Positions 31,219 through 41,995 of a stretch of 64,000 nucleotides of DNA are shown here, piece by piece. Under the pieces are notes generated by a model that saw only the letters and a list, made by a program, of their open reading frames with translations, made no database searches and was not told the DNA's origin. Position numbers and translations under genes: made by a program. Source of the stretch: Fidelibacterota bacterium (lineage in GTDB: Bacteria; Fidelibacterota; Marinisomatia; Marinisomatales; Marinisomataceae); the NCBI GenBank assembly GCA_028140795.1, contig JAOIOW010000004.1:300-64299 (forward strand). Reading direction: 5' to 3'. Each line of letters begins with the position of its first letter. The stretch's first letter is position 1.

Positions 31219-32788
31219 AGTATTTAGAGGAAATATCTTTTAACTTGGTACTTAAAAGAATGATCGCAATAAGGTTAGGGAAAGTCATAAAAGCAAGGGC
31301 AGCATCACCAAGATTCCAAACTTGTTTTAAAGTTAATAGTGAGCCAAAAAAGACCATCATAACATAAACATATCTATAATATGTAATATAACTAGATCCA
31401 AACAAATACTCAGTTGCTCTATCACCATAAAATGACCAACTTATAGCAGTTGAAAGAGCAAAAAGAACAACAGCAATGGTAACCATTTCACTACCAAAAG
31501 GAATTCCTTGTGAAAAAGCATAACTAGTAAGTAATACACCTTCTTTTAATTCAACAATTGATGAATCAATTCTTAGGGAATAAAACTCAGTAAATTTCCA
31601 TGAACCAGTAACCATAATTACTAAGCCAGTTAATGTACAAATTATAATAGTATCAATATATGGCTCTAATAAAGCGACAACACCTTCTCTAGTTGAGTAC
31701 GGTGTTTTTGCTGTTGAATGAGCAATGGCAGCTGAACCTTGACCAGATTCACTTGAAAATAAACCTCTTTTTACACCCATTAACATTGTATTTAAAAATG
31801 CTATAAATGCTCCTGAAGCAACACCAGTAGCAGGAACTAGCAAGGATGGTGGATTAAATGCCATGGTAAATATGGTATTGAAAGAATTACCAACCTGATC
31901 AAAGTTTGTTATCACAATAAATAAAGCACAAAAAACATAAATAGCAGCCATAATAGGAACAAGAAAACTTGTAAAATTACCTATTCTTTTAATTCCACCT
32001 AAAATAACTGAACCAACAATTGCAGCACAAATTAGACCAATTGCAACATGCATAATAGATATATTTGAAACATCACCTAATAAAGCAACTTCTTTAGTAG
32101 ACATTAAAAAATTATCTGTTCCAAAAATAGAAGCTAATTGACTGTACAGCTGCTGTGTAAGGGTATTCGATTGAATAGCATTTCCTGTAAAGAAAGAGCA
32201 AATAATTGTAAAGCATGCAAATACTACTGCTAGCCATCTCCAATTAGGACCTAAACCATTTTCTATAGTATACATTGGTCCTCCCGCAGTATTTCCTTGA
32301 GAGTCTGTTTCTCTGTATTCAACCGCGAGAGTACATTCAGCATACTTTAAAGCAGTTCCAAAAAAAGCTGTAATCCACATCCAAAATAATGCACCAGGTC
32401 CACCAATTTGAATTGCAATAGCTACTCCAGCAATATTTCCAATACCCACAGTAGCTGCTAAAGCAGTTGAAAGTGCTTTAAAATGATTTAAATCTCCTTC
32501 ATCTTCCGTGCTGTCGTAGTCACCTCGAGTAACTCTTATACCGTGCATAATGCGTGTTAATTGTGGAAATCCTAGCTTAAAAGTCATGTACATACCAGTT
32601 CCCAATAGAGAAATAACCATTAGAGGTATGGTAGCTAAGGGAAATGATTGTTTGAAGTCATCTGAAAAAAGATTTCCTGGAAAACTCCAAATTTGTTCAA
32701 AAAAGTGAACTCCATATCCTGGGATCAATAGTAAAATTCCTATGATTGAAAAAACTAGAAGCGTATACTGATTTTTTGACATGGACAC
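31205..32788 (-). CDS. Sodium:alanine/glycine symporter (AGCS family)
   Basis: GIGNIAGVA...GGPGALFWMW, GGPMY, RGLFS.E.GQGS, DTIIICTLT, PNL. Confidence 0.93.
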   Translation of the reverse strand: MSMSKNQYTLLVFSIIGILLLIPGYGVHFFEQIWSFPGNLFSDDFKQSFPLATIPLMVISLLGTGMYMTFKLGFPQLTRIMHGIRVTRGDYDSTEDEGDLNHFKALSTALAATVGIGNIAGVAIAIQIGGPGALFWMWITAFFGTALKYAECTLAVEYRETDSQGNTAGGPMYTIENGLGPNWRWLAVVFACFTIICSFFTGNAIQSNTLTQQLYSQLASIFGTDNFLMSTKEVALLGDVSNISIMHVAIGLICAAIVGSVILGGIKRIGNFTSFLVPIMAAIYVFCALFIVITNFDQVGNSFNTIFTMAFNPPSLLVPATGVASGAFIAFLNTMLMGVKRGLFSSESGQGSAAIAHSTAKTPYSTREGVVALLEPYIDTIIICTLTGLVIMVTGSWKFTEFYSLRIDSSIVELKEGVLLTSYAFSQGIPFGSEMVTIAVVLFALSTAISWSFYGDRATEYLFGSSYITYYRYVYVMMVFFGSLLTLKQVWNLGDAALAFMTFPNLIAIILLSTKLKDISSKYFEKY

Positions 32789-32844
32789 ATATTAATTATT
32801 TTTTTAAAAGATGTACATTGATTTTTTATTATTAATTTTAAAAT

Positions 32845-33396
32845 ATGATTATTGCAGGCGTTGATGAAGTGGGTAGAGGTTGTTTAGCTGGTCCAGTGGT
32901 AGCTGCAGCAGTAATACTAAATAACTCAATTGATTCACTAAATGATTCAAAAAAATTATCTAAAAAGAAGAGAGAAGTTTTATATATCAAGATTTTAGAA
33001 AATGCTATTTCAGTTGCAGTTGGAGTTAAATGGAATGATTATATTGATAAGCATAATATTAAGATTGCATCTGAAGATGCTATGAAAGATGCAATAAGCT
33101 CATTAAGCGTTAGGCCAGATAAAGTTTTAGTTGATGGGTTTTCATTAGACATTCAAATTGAAAATGAAGGTATTATAAAAGGCGATCAAAAATATGAGCA
33201 AATTATGGCTGCTTCAATTATAGCAAAAGTAACAAGAGATGAAATAATGCGATCATTTCATTATATTTATCCACAATATGATTTTATATCAAATAGCGGA
33301 TATGGAACAAAAAAACACTTGGAAGCATTAGACAAATACTCATATACACCAATACATAGACTAACCTTTAAGCCAATATCATCCAATATTAAATAA
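32845..33396 (+). CDS. rnhB: Ribonuclease HII
   Basis: AGVDEVGRGCLAGPV, DSKKL, AASIIAKVTRD, GYGT..H. Confidence 0.96.
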   Translation: MIIAGVDEVGRGCLAGPVVAAAVILNNSIDSLNDSKKLSKKKREVLYIKILENAISVAVGVKWNDYIDKHNIKIASEDAMKDAISSLSVRPDKVLVDGFSLDIQIENEGIIKGDQKYEQIMAASIIAKVTRDEIMRSFHYIYPQYDFISNSGYGTKKHLEALDKYSYTPIHRLTFKPISSNIK

Positions 33397-34370
33397 TGCA
33401 AAACTTCATTAAAGAAATAAAATCACTTTCTGTTTTAATCTTGGCTATCCTTTTCTTGAAAGAAACAGTTGTAGAGCTTTATATCGTACCAACAGGAAGT
33501 ATGGAAAAGAATATATTAAGAGGAGACATGCTTGTTGGAAGTAGATATATCTATGGTATGAAAGTTCCTCAAAAAATTTGGGTTCCATTTACAGCTGTAA
33601 GTATTCCTACATTTCTGCCTGATTATAGATTTCCTGCATTTAAAGATGTAGAAAGAGGAGATGTAGTAGTTTTCGAATATCCTAGAGATAATGTATATAA
33701 ATATGTAAAAAGATGTATTGGTTTACCTGGTGATCATGTTAGAATTGAAAATCGAAAAGTGTTTGTTAATAATGAAGAGTACTTATTACCTGAAGGTGGT
33801 CAATTTTTATCGCAAGAACCCTCATCAGAATCCTATATTGATGACAGTATATTTATGAATCTTGGAAATAAAGATAATATGAAAGAGCTTAAAATCCCGA
33901 AAAGAGGTGATACATATATAATTAATGAGGACATGAATTGGGAGCTAATTATCCCTTTACTATTATTTGAAGGAAATAAAGTTGAATTGGTTGTTAACGA
34001 TCAAAAGCTAACATTTACTAATGAAGATCCGTACGACTTATATAGAAGAACAGGTGATAGGAAAGTATTTGATAATTATGTTCCGCAACCTAATGCTTCA
34101 TTAATTAATCCATGGATGTCAGTAATGAAAAAAGAATATTTAAAATATTTAAAAATAAATGATAAAGGTATTAGTGAGATTGATACATATTCTTTAAAAC
34201 AAGATTATTATTGGATGATGGGAGATAATAGAGATAATAGTGAAGATTCAAGATTTTGGGGTTTTGTTCCCAAGAGTCATATTCTTGGACAACCAGTTAT
34301 TACTTGGTTTTCATTAGACTTAGAAAATTATTTACCCAGACTTTCCAGAATTGGAAATATTCCTAAATAA
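33396..34370 (+). CDS. lepB: Signal peptidase I
   Basis: PTGSME, YVKRC.GLPGD, MGDNRDNS.DSRFWG. Confidence 0.95.
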   Translation: MQNFIKEIKSLSVLILAILFLKETVVELYIVPTGSMEKNILRGDMLVGSRYIYGMKVPQKIWVPFTAVSIPTFLPDYRFPAFKDVERGDVVVFEYPRDNVYKYVKRCIGLPGDHVRIENRKVFVNNEEYLLPEGGQFLSQEPSSESYIDDSIFMNLGNKDNMKELKIPKRGDTYIINEDMNWELIIPLLLFEGNKVELVVNDQKLTFTNEDPYDLYRRTGDRKVFDNYVPQPNASLINPWMSVMKKEYLKYLKINDKGISEIDTYSLKQDYYWMMGDNRDNSEDSRFWGFVPKSHILGQPVITWFSLDLENYLPRLSRIGNIPK

Positions 34371-34441
34371 AAAAAATGTTTTCATATTGAATTTTCATTC
34401 ATTAGTTTCTTTGGACTAAAAAAACAATTGAGGTATTTATT

Positions 34442-34918
34442 ATGTTATCTAGTACAGAAAAGATTTTAAGTGTTGTTGTTCTTGCTTTGACTCTAGCAGT
34501 TGGTTTTTCATTAATGCAATATGGATCAGCTATGGATGAAATGGCTCAATTAAGAAGTGAGCAAGCAGAGCATGTAGATATGGTAAATAAAGAATTTAAA
34601 CAAAGAGTTAAAGCTGTTGAGTTAGAAAATATCGGCCAAGGTAAAGAGATTAAAAGAGGTCAAGATATGATTCTAGCAAATACTAAGTTAATTTATGCTA
34701 AGGCTGACTCTCTTGGAAATTTAATCGATGACCTAGCGTACGAGATTAAAAGAGTTGATAGAGACTTAACAAAAAGAATTAAAAATGTTCAACGTGATCT
34801 TGAAGGGTTAGAAGATAACTTTGATTCAGAAAAGCGTAGAACTCGAAGAGACCTATCAGATATTAAGAAACAGTTAAAAAAACTTAATGATGAAGTCTTC
34901 CCTCCAGAAGAGGAATAA
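34442..34918 (+). CDS. Hypothetical membrane-anchored coiled-coil protein
   Basis: SD GAGG; N-terminal TM helix then heptad-rich sequence. Confidence 0.7.
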   Translation: MLSSTEKILSVVVLALTLAVGFSLMQYGSAMDEMAQLRSEQAEHVDMVNKEFKQRVKAVELENIGQGKEIKRGQDMILANTKLIYAKADSLGNLIDDLAYEIKRVDRDLTKRIKNVQRDLEGLEDNFDSEKRRTRRDLSDIKKQLKKLNDEVFPPEEE

Positions 34919-34930
34919 GTTTAATTAGTT

Positions 34931-34963
34931 AAAAAAAAGGGCTTTTTTAAGCCCTTTTTTTTT
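34931..34963. terminator. Bidirectional intrinsic terminator between convergent genes
   Basis: A8-GGGCTT-TTTT-AAGCCC-T9. Confidence 0.85.
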
Positions 34964-34964
34964 G

Positions 34965-35048
34965 TACCGAGGGTCGGGCTCGAACCGACATGAGATTACT
35001 CTCACTGGTGTTTGAGACCAGCGCGTCTACCAATTCCGCCACCCCGGC
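34965..35048 (-). tRNA. tRNA-Leu(CAA)
   Basis: Minus strand GCCGGGGTGGCGGAATTGGTAGACGCG, anticodon arm CTGGT-CTCAAAC-ACCAG, GGTTCGAGCCC. Confidence 0.95.
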
Positions 35049-35116
35049 AAAGATGTTGACAAATTTCAGATAAAGTATGTAGTTTGTCAATAACCAATAT
35101 TAAAAGGAGTGTAATA

Positions 35117-36988
35117 GTGTCATTTAAAACAGTACCACAAATGTTTCAACATTTAGTAAGCGAAAGACCAACCTTAAAAACTTTTTATATAAAAACTGAA
35201 AATGGTTGGGAAGGTGTAGAGTTAGCTGATCTTCAAGTGATGGTTGAAGATTTTGCAAATGGATTAAAAAATTTAGGAATAAATGATAATGATAAAGTTG
35301 CTATCATTGGCGCAAATTCCCGTAAATGGGCAATATCGGACTACGCAATTGCTCATATTAGAGCTGTATCTGTTCCAGTTTACCCAACGCTTATTCCAAC
35401 CCAATCTCAATATGTTGTTGAACATTCAGAAAGTAAAATAGCTATTGTTCAAGATGAGGTTCAATTAGACAAGGTATATCCTTTAATTAATGACGCTAAT
35501 TCAAATTTAAATACCATTATTATTATGGATGATGAATATAGTGGCGGAAAAGATAATGTTATAAAATATTCTGATGTCTTTAATATGCAAGACACTCAAC
35601 ACGATATTAGAGCAATTTCCGCAACAGTTGAAGAAAATGATTTATTAACACTTATTTATACAAGTGGAACAACTGGAAATCCAAAGGGAGTTATGCTTAG
35701 CCACTCGAATATTTGCAATAACCTTCTTTCAATTGATAGTACTATAAAAGCAGCTATGGAGCTTAATCCTGAATTAAAACCTGCTGATGGTATAGAAAGG
35801 TTTGTTTCGTTTTTACCAATTAGTCATAGTTTCGAAAGAGTAGGTGGTCATTATTCAATTTTCAGCCAAGGAACTTCTATTTATTACGCTGAAATGAATT
35901 TTACTCCAGAAATTCTTTTTGAAAATATTAGAGAAGTTCGACCAACTTTTTTAACTGCAGTACCAAGAATTTTTGAAAAAATTCATGCTAAGATCTTAGA
36001 TACAGTTTCATCAATGACTGGAGTTAAAAAGAAACTTGCTGAATGGTCGATATCTGTTGGGTTGCAAACTGTACCTTATCGTACAACTAATCGAGACTTA
36101 CCATTTGTTCTTGGTTTAAAATATAAAATTGCTGATAAGTTAGTGCTTAATAAATTTAGAGCTGCATTAGGTGGTAAGGTCAGAGCTTGTTCTTCTGGTG
36201 GATCAGCATTATCAAAAGAAGTGGGATCGTTTTTCTGTGGAATTGGAATCTCTATTATTGAAGGATATGGTTTAACAGAAACTAGTCCAGTTATGACTAT
36301 AGGACATCCTGATCTTTTTAAATTTGGTACTGTTGGAAAAGCAATACCAGGCGTTGAAGTTAAAATCCAACCTGATGGTGAAATTGTTTGTAGAGGTCAT
36401 AATGTTATGATGGGTTATTATAAAAATGAAGAAGCTACTAATGAAGCAATTATTGATGGATGGTTTCATTCAGGCGATATTGGTGAATTTGATGAAGATG
36501 GTTTATTACGCATCACTGATAGAAAAAAGAGCTTGATTGTAACTTCAGGAGGTAAAAATGTTGCCCCTCAACCAATGGAAGTTTCGCTTACATCAAATAA
36601 ATATATCGAACAATGTAATGTTGTAGGAGATGATAGGAATTTCATTTCAGCATTGATAGTTCCAAATAAAGAAAATCTTTTAGCTTGGGCAGAAGAAAAA
36701 GGTTTATCAGGTTTAGATTATAATGCCATATGTGCGCATGAACTTGCATATGACTTATTTGATGCCATTGTTAAAGATACAATGACAAACTTTTCAAGAT
36801 ATGAATCGGTAAGAAAATTCACTTTAATTGCAGATGAATGGACCGTTGATAGAGGAGAATTAACTCCAAAAATGTCTATAAAGAGAAAAGTAGTTGTTGA
36901 AAAACATAAAGCTGAAATTGACGCAATGTACAATTCACCAAATACACCCGTAACATCATCCGATGATGAACTTCAACTTGGTGGTTAG
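35117..36988 (+). CDS. Long-chain fatty acid--CoA ligase (AMP-dependent synthetase)
   Basis: YTSGTTGNPKG, EGYGLTETSP, GWFHSGDIG, TDRKK; GTG start 7 nt after SD AAGGAG. Confidence 0.92.
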   Translation: MSFKTVPQMFQHLVSERPTLKTFYIKTENGWEGVELADLQVMVEDFANGLKNLGINDNDKVAIIGANSRKWAISDYAIAHIRAVSVPVYPTLIPTQSQYVVEHSESKIAIVQDEVQLDKVYPLINDANSNLNTIIIMDDEYSGGKDNVIKYSDVFNMQDTQHDIRAISATVEENDLLTLIYTSGTTGNPKGVMLSHSNICNNLLSIDSTIKAAMELNPELKPADGIERFVSFLPISHSFERVGGHYSIFSQGTSIYYAEMNFTPEILFENIREVRPTFLTAVPRIFEKIHAKILDTVSSMTGVKKKLAEWSISVGLQTVPYRTTNRDLPFVLGLKYKIADKLVLNKFRAALGGKVRACSSGGSALSKEVGSFFCGIGISIIEGYGLTETSPVMTIGHPDLFKFGTVGKAIPGVEVKIQPDGEIVCRGHNVMMGYYKNEEATNEAIIDGWFHSGDIGEFDEDGLLRITDRKKSLIVTSGGKNVAPQPMEVSLTSNKYIEQCNVVGDDRNFISALIVPNKENLLAWAEEKGLSGLDYNAICAHELAYDLFDAIVKDTMTNFSRYESVRKFTLIADEWTVDRGELTPKMSIKRKVVVEKHKAEIDAMYNSPNTPVTSSDDELQLGG

Positions 36989-37892
36989 GTTATTATTAGT
37001 TTTATCGATTTCATCGCTATTTTATAGTTTTACCTATATAAAAGAGCAGCCATATGTTGTAATTCTAGGAATTGCACAAGACGGTGGTGCTCCTCATGCT
37101 GCTTGTCAAAAAACTTGTTGTATTGATAAATGGAACGATCCAAATCTTCACAACAAAGTCTCAAGTATTGGTATTGTTGACCCTGTTTCAAATGAAGTTT
37201 GGATGATTGATGCAACGCCTGATTTTGCTGAACAGTTACATTTGTTAACCAATAACAATAAAAGGGAACTTAAAGGAATTTTTTTAACGCATGCTCACAT
37301 AGGACATTATACTGGTTTGATGCATTTAGGAAGAGAGGTTATGGGTGCAAAAAGTACTATAGTTAATGTCATGCCTAAAATGGAAAGTTTTTTAAGAAAT
37401 AATGGTCCTTGGAGTCAATTGGTTGATTTAAAGAATATTTCCTTATCAGGTTTAAGTCACAATAAAAAAGTTCAACTAAATTCAAGACTATCTATTATTC
37501 CATTTAAGGTACCTCATAGGGATGAATTTTCTGAAACTGTAGGTTTCAGAATAGAAGGACCATCAAAATCTTTAGTTTTCATTCCAGATATTGATAAATG
37601 GAGTAAATGGCAGACAGATATTATAGATATTGTAGAAAATTCAGACTACAGTTTATTAGATGGAACTTTTTATGATATCAATGAACTTCCAGGCAGAGAT
37701 ATGTCTCAAATTCCTCATCCTTTTATAATCGAAACAATGAAATTATTTAAACATTCTGATAAAAAAGATTCTATATATTTCATTCATTTAAACCACACAA
37801 ATCCTGCGTTAAATAAGGATTCGCTTGAGTATAAAAAAATAATCGGTAATGGGTTTAATATAACTGAAAGAGGTAACAAATTATCACTTTAA
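36963..37892 (+). CDS. PqqB-like metallo-beta-lactamase fold protein
   Basis: LG.AQDGG.P, THAHIGHYTG, VPHRDE, DGTF, HLNHTN. Confidence 0.85.
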   Translation: MMNFNLVVRLLLVLSISSLFYSFTYIKEQPYVVILGIAQDGGAPHAACQKTCCIDKWNDPNLHNKVSSIGIVDPVSNEVWMIDATPDFAEQLHLLTNNNKRELKGIFLTHAHIGHYTGLMHLGREVMGAKSTIVNVMPKMESFLRNNGPWSQLVDLKNISLSGLSHNKKVQLNSRLSIIPFKVPHRDEFSETVGFRIEGPSKSLVFIPDIDKWSKWQTDIIDIVENSDYSLLDGTFYDINELPGRDMSQIPHPFIIETMKLFKHSDKKDSIYFIHLNHTNPALNKDSLEYKKIIGNGFNITERGNKLSL

Positions 37893-37961
37893 TTAGCTAT
37901 TATATTACTTTTTTTGTTAAAAATAATTAAGATTAAAGGTTATTAACAAAATGGAGGGAAA

Positions 37962-38675
37962 ATGAAAATAATATTATTAATGATAGTTTTTTCAACTTTA
38001 GCTTTCTCACAAACATACAACATGCAAATTCAAATTGGTGTTCAAGATGGTGTAAAAGTTTCTGATTATGAAAAAGCTATGATACAACACAATAAGGCAC
38101 ATGCGACAGATCTTGGTGCTGCAACTACTTACCAAATTATCAATGGTCCAGATGCAGGAGATTACATAAGAATGCCAAAATCTATATTTACTTCAGCAGA
38201 TATGATTGATGCCGTCTTTAATGAATGGCAAAATCATGATCCTGTTCCTTATGACAAATTTGACGGTAAAATGGTTGAGGGACGAAATGGAACTGTGTTT
38301 TATACTTTGAGACCTGATTTAAGTTACAATCCTCAAGTGAAAACTTGGAAATATCTTAGACAAAGTAAATGGAATGTAAGGCAAGGCGGTCAATCTAACG
38401 CAGAATCAATTTTTAAACTTGCAAATGAAATTCGAGACGAATTAGGTTCAGATGAACATTTTGTCTGTATGGTTTCAAATACTGGTCAACCTTTCAATGA
38501 GTATGTATTCGTTTCTGGACATGATACACTTTCAGAGGCCTTAGATCAATCTGCCTTTCTAACATTGCTTGGCGAAATGAGTAAAAGAATGCCTGATTGG
38601 GAATCTACTTGGGGTCAAAGCGCTTGGAATGGTATTAGTCAAGTATCAGTTCATAGACCTGATTTAAGTAATTAA
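37962..38675 (+). CDS. Hypothetical secreted protein
   Basis: SD GGAGG; signal peptide AFS/Q; two halves ending in RPDLS. Confidence 0.7.
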   Translation: MKIILLMIVFSTLAFSQTYNMQIQIGVQDGVKVSDYEKAMIQHNKAHATDLGAATTYQIINGPDAGDYIRMPKSIFTSADMIDAVFNEWQNHDPVPYDKFDGKMVEGRNGTVFYTLRPDLSYNPQVKTWKYLRQSKWNVRQGGQSNAESIFKLANEIRDELGSDEHFVCMVSNTGQPFNEYVFVSGHDTLSEALDQSAFLTLLGEMSKRMPDWESTWGQSAWNGISQVSVHRPDLSN

Positions 38676-38693
38676 TTATTACTTTAATGAATG

Positions 38694-38730
38694 AAAAGAG
38701 CCTATTATTTATTGTTAATAGGCTCTTTTT
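38694..38730 (+). terminator. Intrinsic terminator
   Basis: AAAAGAGCCTATTA...TAATAGGCTCTTTTT. Confidence 0.8.
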
Positions 38731-38746
38731 CTATTAACATTCCAAT

Positions 38747-39784
38747 ATGTACAATAAAAAGTCAAAAATTGAACTAAAAAAAAGCTTAAAAAGAGAAAGT
38801 TTTAATAGGTTAACTTATTCTTTTTATAAGTATTGTTTTATTGATAATCCTGAAGATTTACGCAACAAATTATTTTTAGATCTAATTGAACAGGATATAC
38901 TTGGTAGAATATATGTTTCAAAAGAGGGAATCAATGCGCAAATAAGCATTCCTGAACATAATGTAGAAGATTTTAAATCTTACATACATTCCATTAATAA
39001 ATTTAGCGATATTCAATTTAAACATGCTGTTGAAGAGGGTACATCTTTCTTAAAATTAAAAATTTTAGTTCGTGATGAGATTGTTGCTTATAAAGTACCT
39101 GAAGAATCCTATGATATGAATAAGACAGGAGTGCACCTAAAACCGGTTGATTTTAATAGTTCAATCAAAGAAAAGGATTCAATCGTTGTGGATATGAGGA
39201 ATTATTACGAAAGTGAAGTAGGTAGATTTAAAAATGCTATTATTCCTGATGCGCATTTTTCAAAAGAATTATTACCAACCGTTGCTAAAGCTTTAGAAGG
39301 AAAAGAGGATAAAAAAGTACATCTTTACTGCACAGGAGGTATACGATGCGAAAAAGCTAGTTCGTATCTAATTAAAAAAGGTTTTAAAGAGGTGTATCAA
39401 CTCGAAGGTGGAATCATTCAATATGCTCACGATATGAAGGAAAATGATTTGAAATCTGAATTTATTGGTAAGAATTTCGTGTTTGATGATAGAATGGGAG
39501 AACGTGTAACAAATGACATTATTGGTAAATGTCATCAATGTAAGACACCATCAGATGATCATAAGAATTGTAAAAATAATGCATGCCATTTATTATTCAT
39601 TCAATGTGATAAATGTGCTGAAAAGTATAATGATTGCTGTTCAAACGCCTGTAATGAATTTTTACAACTGGATATAGAGACTCAAAAAAAATTAAGAAAA
39701 GATAAAAATAAAAAGGTTTCAAGTGCTAAATTATCAACTAAATTTAGACCCAAACTTTATAAACTGTTTAATTACTGGAAATAA
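38747..39784 (+). CDS. trhO: Rhodanese-domain tRNA uridine(34) hydroxylase (YceA/TrhO)
   Basis: GRIYVS.EGINAQ, DMRN.YE..VG.F, YCTGGIRCEK, FVFD.R, Cys-rich C-terminus. Confidence 0.9.
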   Translation: MYNKKSKIELKKSLKRESFNRLTYSFYKYCFIDNPEDLRNKLFLDLIEQDILGRIYVSKEGINAQISIPEHNVEDFKSYIHSINKFSDIQFKHAVEEGTSFLKLKILVRDEIVAYKVPEESYDMNKTGVHLKPVDFNSSIKEKDSIVVDMRNYYESEVGRFKNAIIPDAHFSKELLPTVAKALEGKEDKKVHLYCTGGIRCEKASSYLIKKGFKEVYQLEGGIIQYAHDMKENDLKSEFIGKNFVFDDRMGERVTNDIIGKCHQCKTPSDDHKNCKNNACHLLFIQCDKCAEKYNDCCSNACNEFLQLDIETQKKLRKDKNKKVSSAKLSTKFRPKLYKLFNYWK

Positions 39785-39788
39785 TACA

Positions 39789-40424
39789 ATGATAGACAAA
39801 TTTCAAAATTTTATTTTAACACCTATTAAGGTTAGCTATAAAGACAGATCGGACTATACACCGATTGAAAATTTCATATTAAACCCTATTGTTCTGGCAT
39901 TAATTGTATTTCTAGTCACTTACCAAGCTTTTTCTTTAAATGATGATCCAAAGCCGTCTGCTTCAGATGCAGCACTAAGCAATGCAATGATTTACTTTGA
40001 AAAAGCAGATTTTGACAATGCTGTTTTACAGCTTGAGGCTGTTGTAGATAACTTTTCTGGCACTAAAGCTGCTCATCAAGCTAAGTTTTATCTTGGAAGA
40101 ACCGCATTTATCAATGGAAATAATGATAAAGCGCTTGTTTATTTATCTGAAAGCGTTTCTAAAATGAAGTATGATAATCTTAAAAAAGAAGGATATATCA
40201 TGCTTGCAGAGTTACAAAACGACACAAAAATGTTCGACAAGGCAATGAAGTTTACTGATTCTGAAAATGAAATTAAATATATCAGTATTCTTAAAGCTAA
40301 AAAACTAGCCCAAAATGGCCAGACTGATCAGTCTTTAATGCTTCTCGAGTCCTTAGATGTCGATAACCCGGCATATAATCAGCTTTTTGAAGAAGTTTAT
40401 GGATACGTATTAAGTATTAACTAA
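39789..40424 (+). CDS. Membrane-anchored TPR protein (YfgM-like)
   Basis: TM helix followed by TPR pattern (FSGTKAAHQAKFYLG); start at ATG 39789. Confidence 0.65.
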   Translation: MIDKFQNFILTPIKVSYKDRSDYTPIENFILNPIVLALIVFLVTYQAFSLNDDPKPSASDAALSNAMIYFEKADFDNAVLQLEAVVDNFSGTKAAHQAKFYLGRTAFINGNNDKALVYLSESVSKMKYDNLKKEGYIMLAELQNDTKMFDKAMKFTDSENEIKYISILKAKKLAQNGQTDQSLMLLESLDVDNPAYNQLFEEVYGYVLSIN

Positions 40425-40468
40425 GATACTTGTTAATACGATATTAATTAAATATATTCCAATGAATT

Positions 40469-40490
40469 AAATGGGCTACGGCCCATTTTT
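40469..40490 (+). promoter_or_regulatory. rimP-leader-like attenuator hairpin upstream of nusA-infB operon
   Basis: AAATGGGC-TACG-GCCCATTTTT; GGGC/GCCC terminator-like hairpin at the position typical for the rimP-nusA-infB leader. Confidence 0.7.
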
Positions 40491-40519
40491 GTTATAATGA
40501 AAAAAATTGAAGGGTTATT

Positions 40520-41992
40520 ATGATTAATAGAGATTTAATTGAAATTTTTATTGAATTAGCAAGAGAAAAGAATATCGAGCGTTCAGAGCTTGGCACAATA
40601 ATTGAACAATTATTCTTATTTATTATTGAGAAAGAAACTGGTGAATCTGATAATTGTAGTGTTATTGTTAATCTTGATAAAGGTGAAATTGAAATTTATG
40701 TTGAAAAAACAATTGTAGAAGAGGTTGATGACGATCACTTTGATATTACCTTAGAAAGAGCTGTAGAGCTTGAACCAGATTTGGCTGGTGAATTAAAGTT
40801 AGGAGATACTTTTGTAGAGGTGATCGATCCTGCGCGTTTTGGTAGAAGATTGGTTGCAAATGCGAGACAATTTTTGAACAAAAGAACTAGAGAAGTTCAA
40901 CAACAGTACATTTATGAGGATTATGTTCAGAGGATAGGAGAAGTTATCATCGGGACTGTTCATCAAGTGCATCGTGAAAATACTTTTGTAAATATTGAGC
41001 AAACAGAGTTAAGAATGCCTAGGAATGAACAAATTTATTCTGAAAGATTTAGAAGAGGCGATACAATTAGAGCCCTAGTTAAATCAGTCGAAGTAACTCC
41101 AAAAGGTCCAGATATTTTAATATCTCGAAGTGACGATCTTTTCCTTTACAAGCTTTTTGAAATGGAAGTCCCAGAAATTGAAGATGGGATTATTGAAATT
41201 AAAGGAATTGCAAGAAAACCAGGAGAAAGAAGTAAAATTATAGTCCATTCTGTTGATAAACGAATTGATGCAGTTGGTGCATGCGTGGGTATGAGAGGAA
41301 GTAGAATTCAATCAGTTGTGAGAGAGCTTAATAATGAAAAGATTGATATTGTTAATTATACAGAGAAGTCTGAAGTATTTATCACCAGAGCTCTTTCTCC
41401 AGCAAAACCAGTTGATTTATATATAGATGATGATAGAAAATATTGTGTTGCAATATTTGAAGAAGGTGGTCTTGAAAATGCTGTTGGAAGAAGCGGTGTA
41501 AATATTAATCTTGCTTCAAAGTTAACAGGGTATACAATTGATGCTTACACTAAATCAGAATATGATGAAGTGCTTATAAATCAGAAAACAACACTTGAAT
41601 CATTAGACGGAATTACAAAAACGTTGAGTAACAAACTTGCTAAAGCGGATATTGTTTCAGTTGCAGATTATTTAAACGTAAAAAAATATATTCTAACCGA
41701 AAAGCTAGAACTTAATGAAAAAGACATAACTTCAATAAGTGATGCAGTAAATTCATTTATAGAAATTACGCATAACAAAGAAGAAGAAGTTGATGAGGTA
41801 ATTGAAAGTACTGAAGATAGTGTTGAGTTAGATTTAACTGATACAGAACAAAATATTGAAGCAGTTGAAGACAATAGCGAAGAAGCTGACCCTACTGATG
41901 AAGAGCCAGCTGAAGAAGTAGAATTACCGAAAGAAGAAGTCGTTGACTCTGAACAAGATTCTGAAGCAAATATTGAGGAAAAAGAAGAGTAA
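40520..41992 (+). CDS. nusA: Transcription factor NusA (acidic C-terminal tail)
   Basis: FGR..ARQ, S1 domain, EVPEI.DG, GACVGMRGSRIQ, G.N..LA.KLTG. Confidence 0.97.
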   Translation: MINRDLIEIFIELAREKNIERSELGTIIEQLFLFIIEKETGESDNCSVIVNLDKGEIEIYVEKTIVEEVDDDHFDITLERAVELEPDLAGELKLGDTFVEVIDPARFGRRLVANARQFLNKRTREVQQQYIYEDYVQRIGEVIIGTVHQVHRENTFVNIEQTELRMPRNEQIYSERFRRGDTIRALVKSVEVTPKGPDILISRSDDLFLYKLFEMEVPEIEDGIIEIKGIARKPGERSKIIVHSVDKRIDAVGACVGMRGSRIQSVVRELNNEKIDIVNYTEKSEVFITRALSPAKPVDLYIDDDRKYCVAIFEEGGLENAVGRSGVNINLASKLTGYTIDAYTKSEYDEVLINQKTTLESLDGITKTLSNKLAKADIVSVADYLNVKKYILTEKLELNEKDITSISDAVNSFIEITHNKEEEVDEVIESTEDSVELDLTDTEQNIEAVEDNSEEADPTDEEPAEEVELPKEEVVDSEQDSEANIEEKEE

Positions 41993-41995
41993 TTA

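Noticed and set aside
32789-32844. Glycine riboswitch upstream of the alanine/glycine symporter
   Set aside because: The intergenic region is only 56 nt and AT-rich, with no aptamer motifs.
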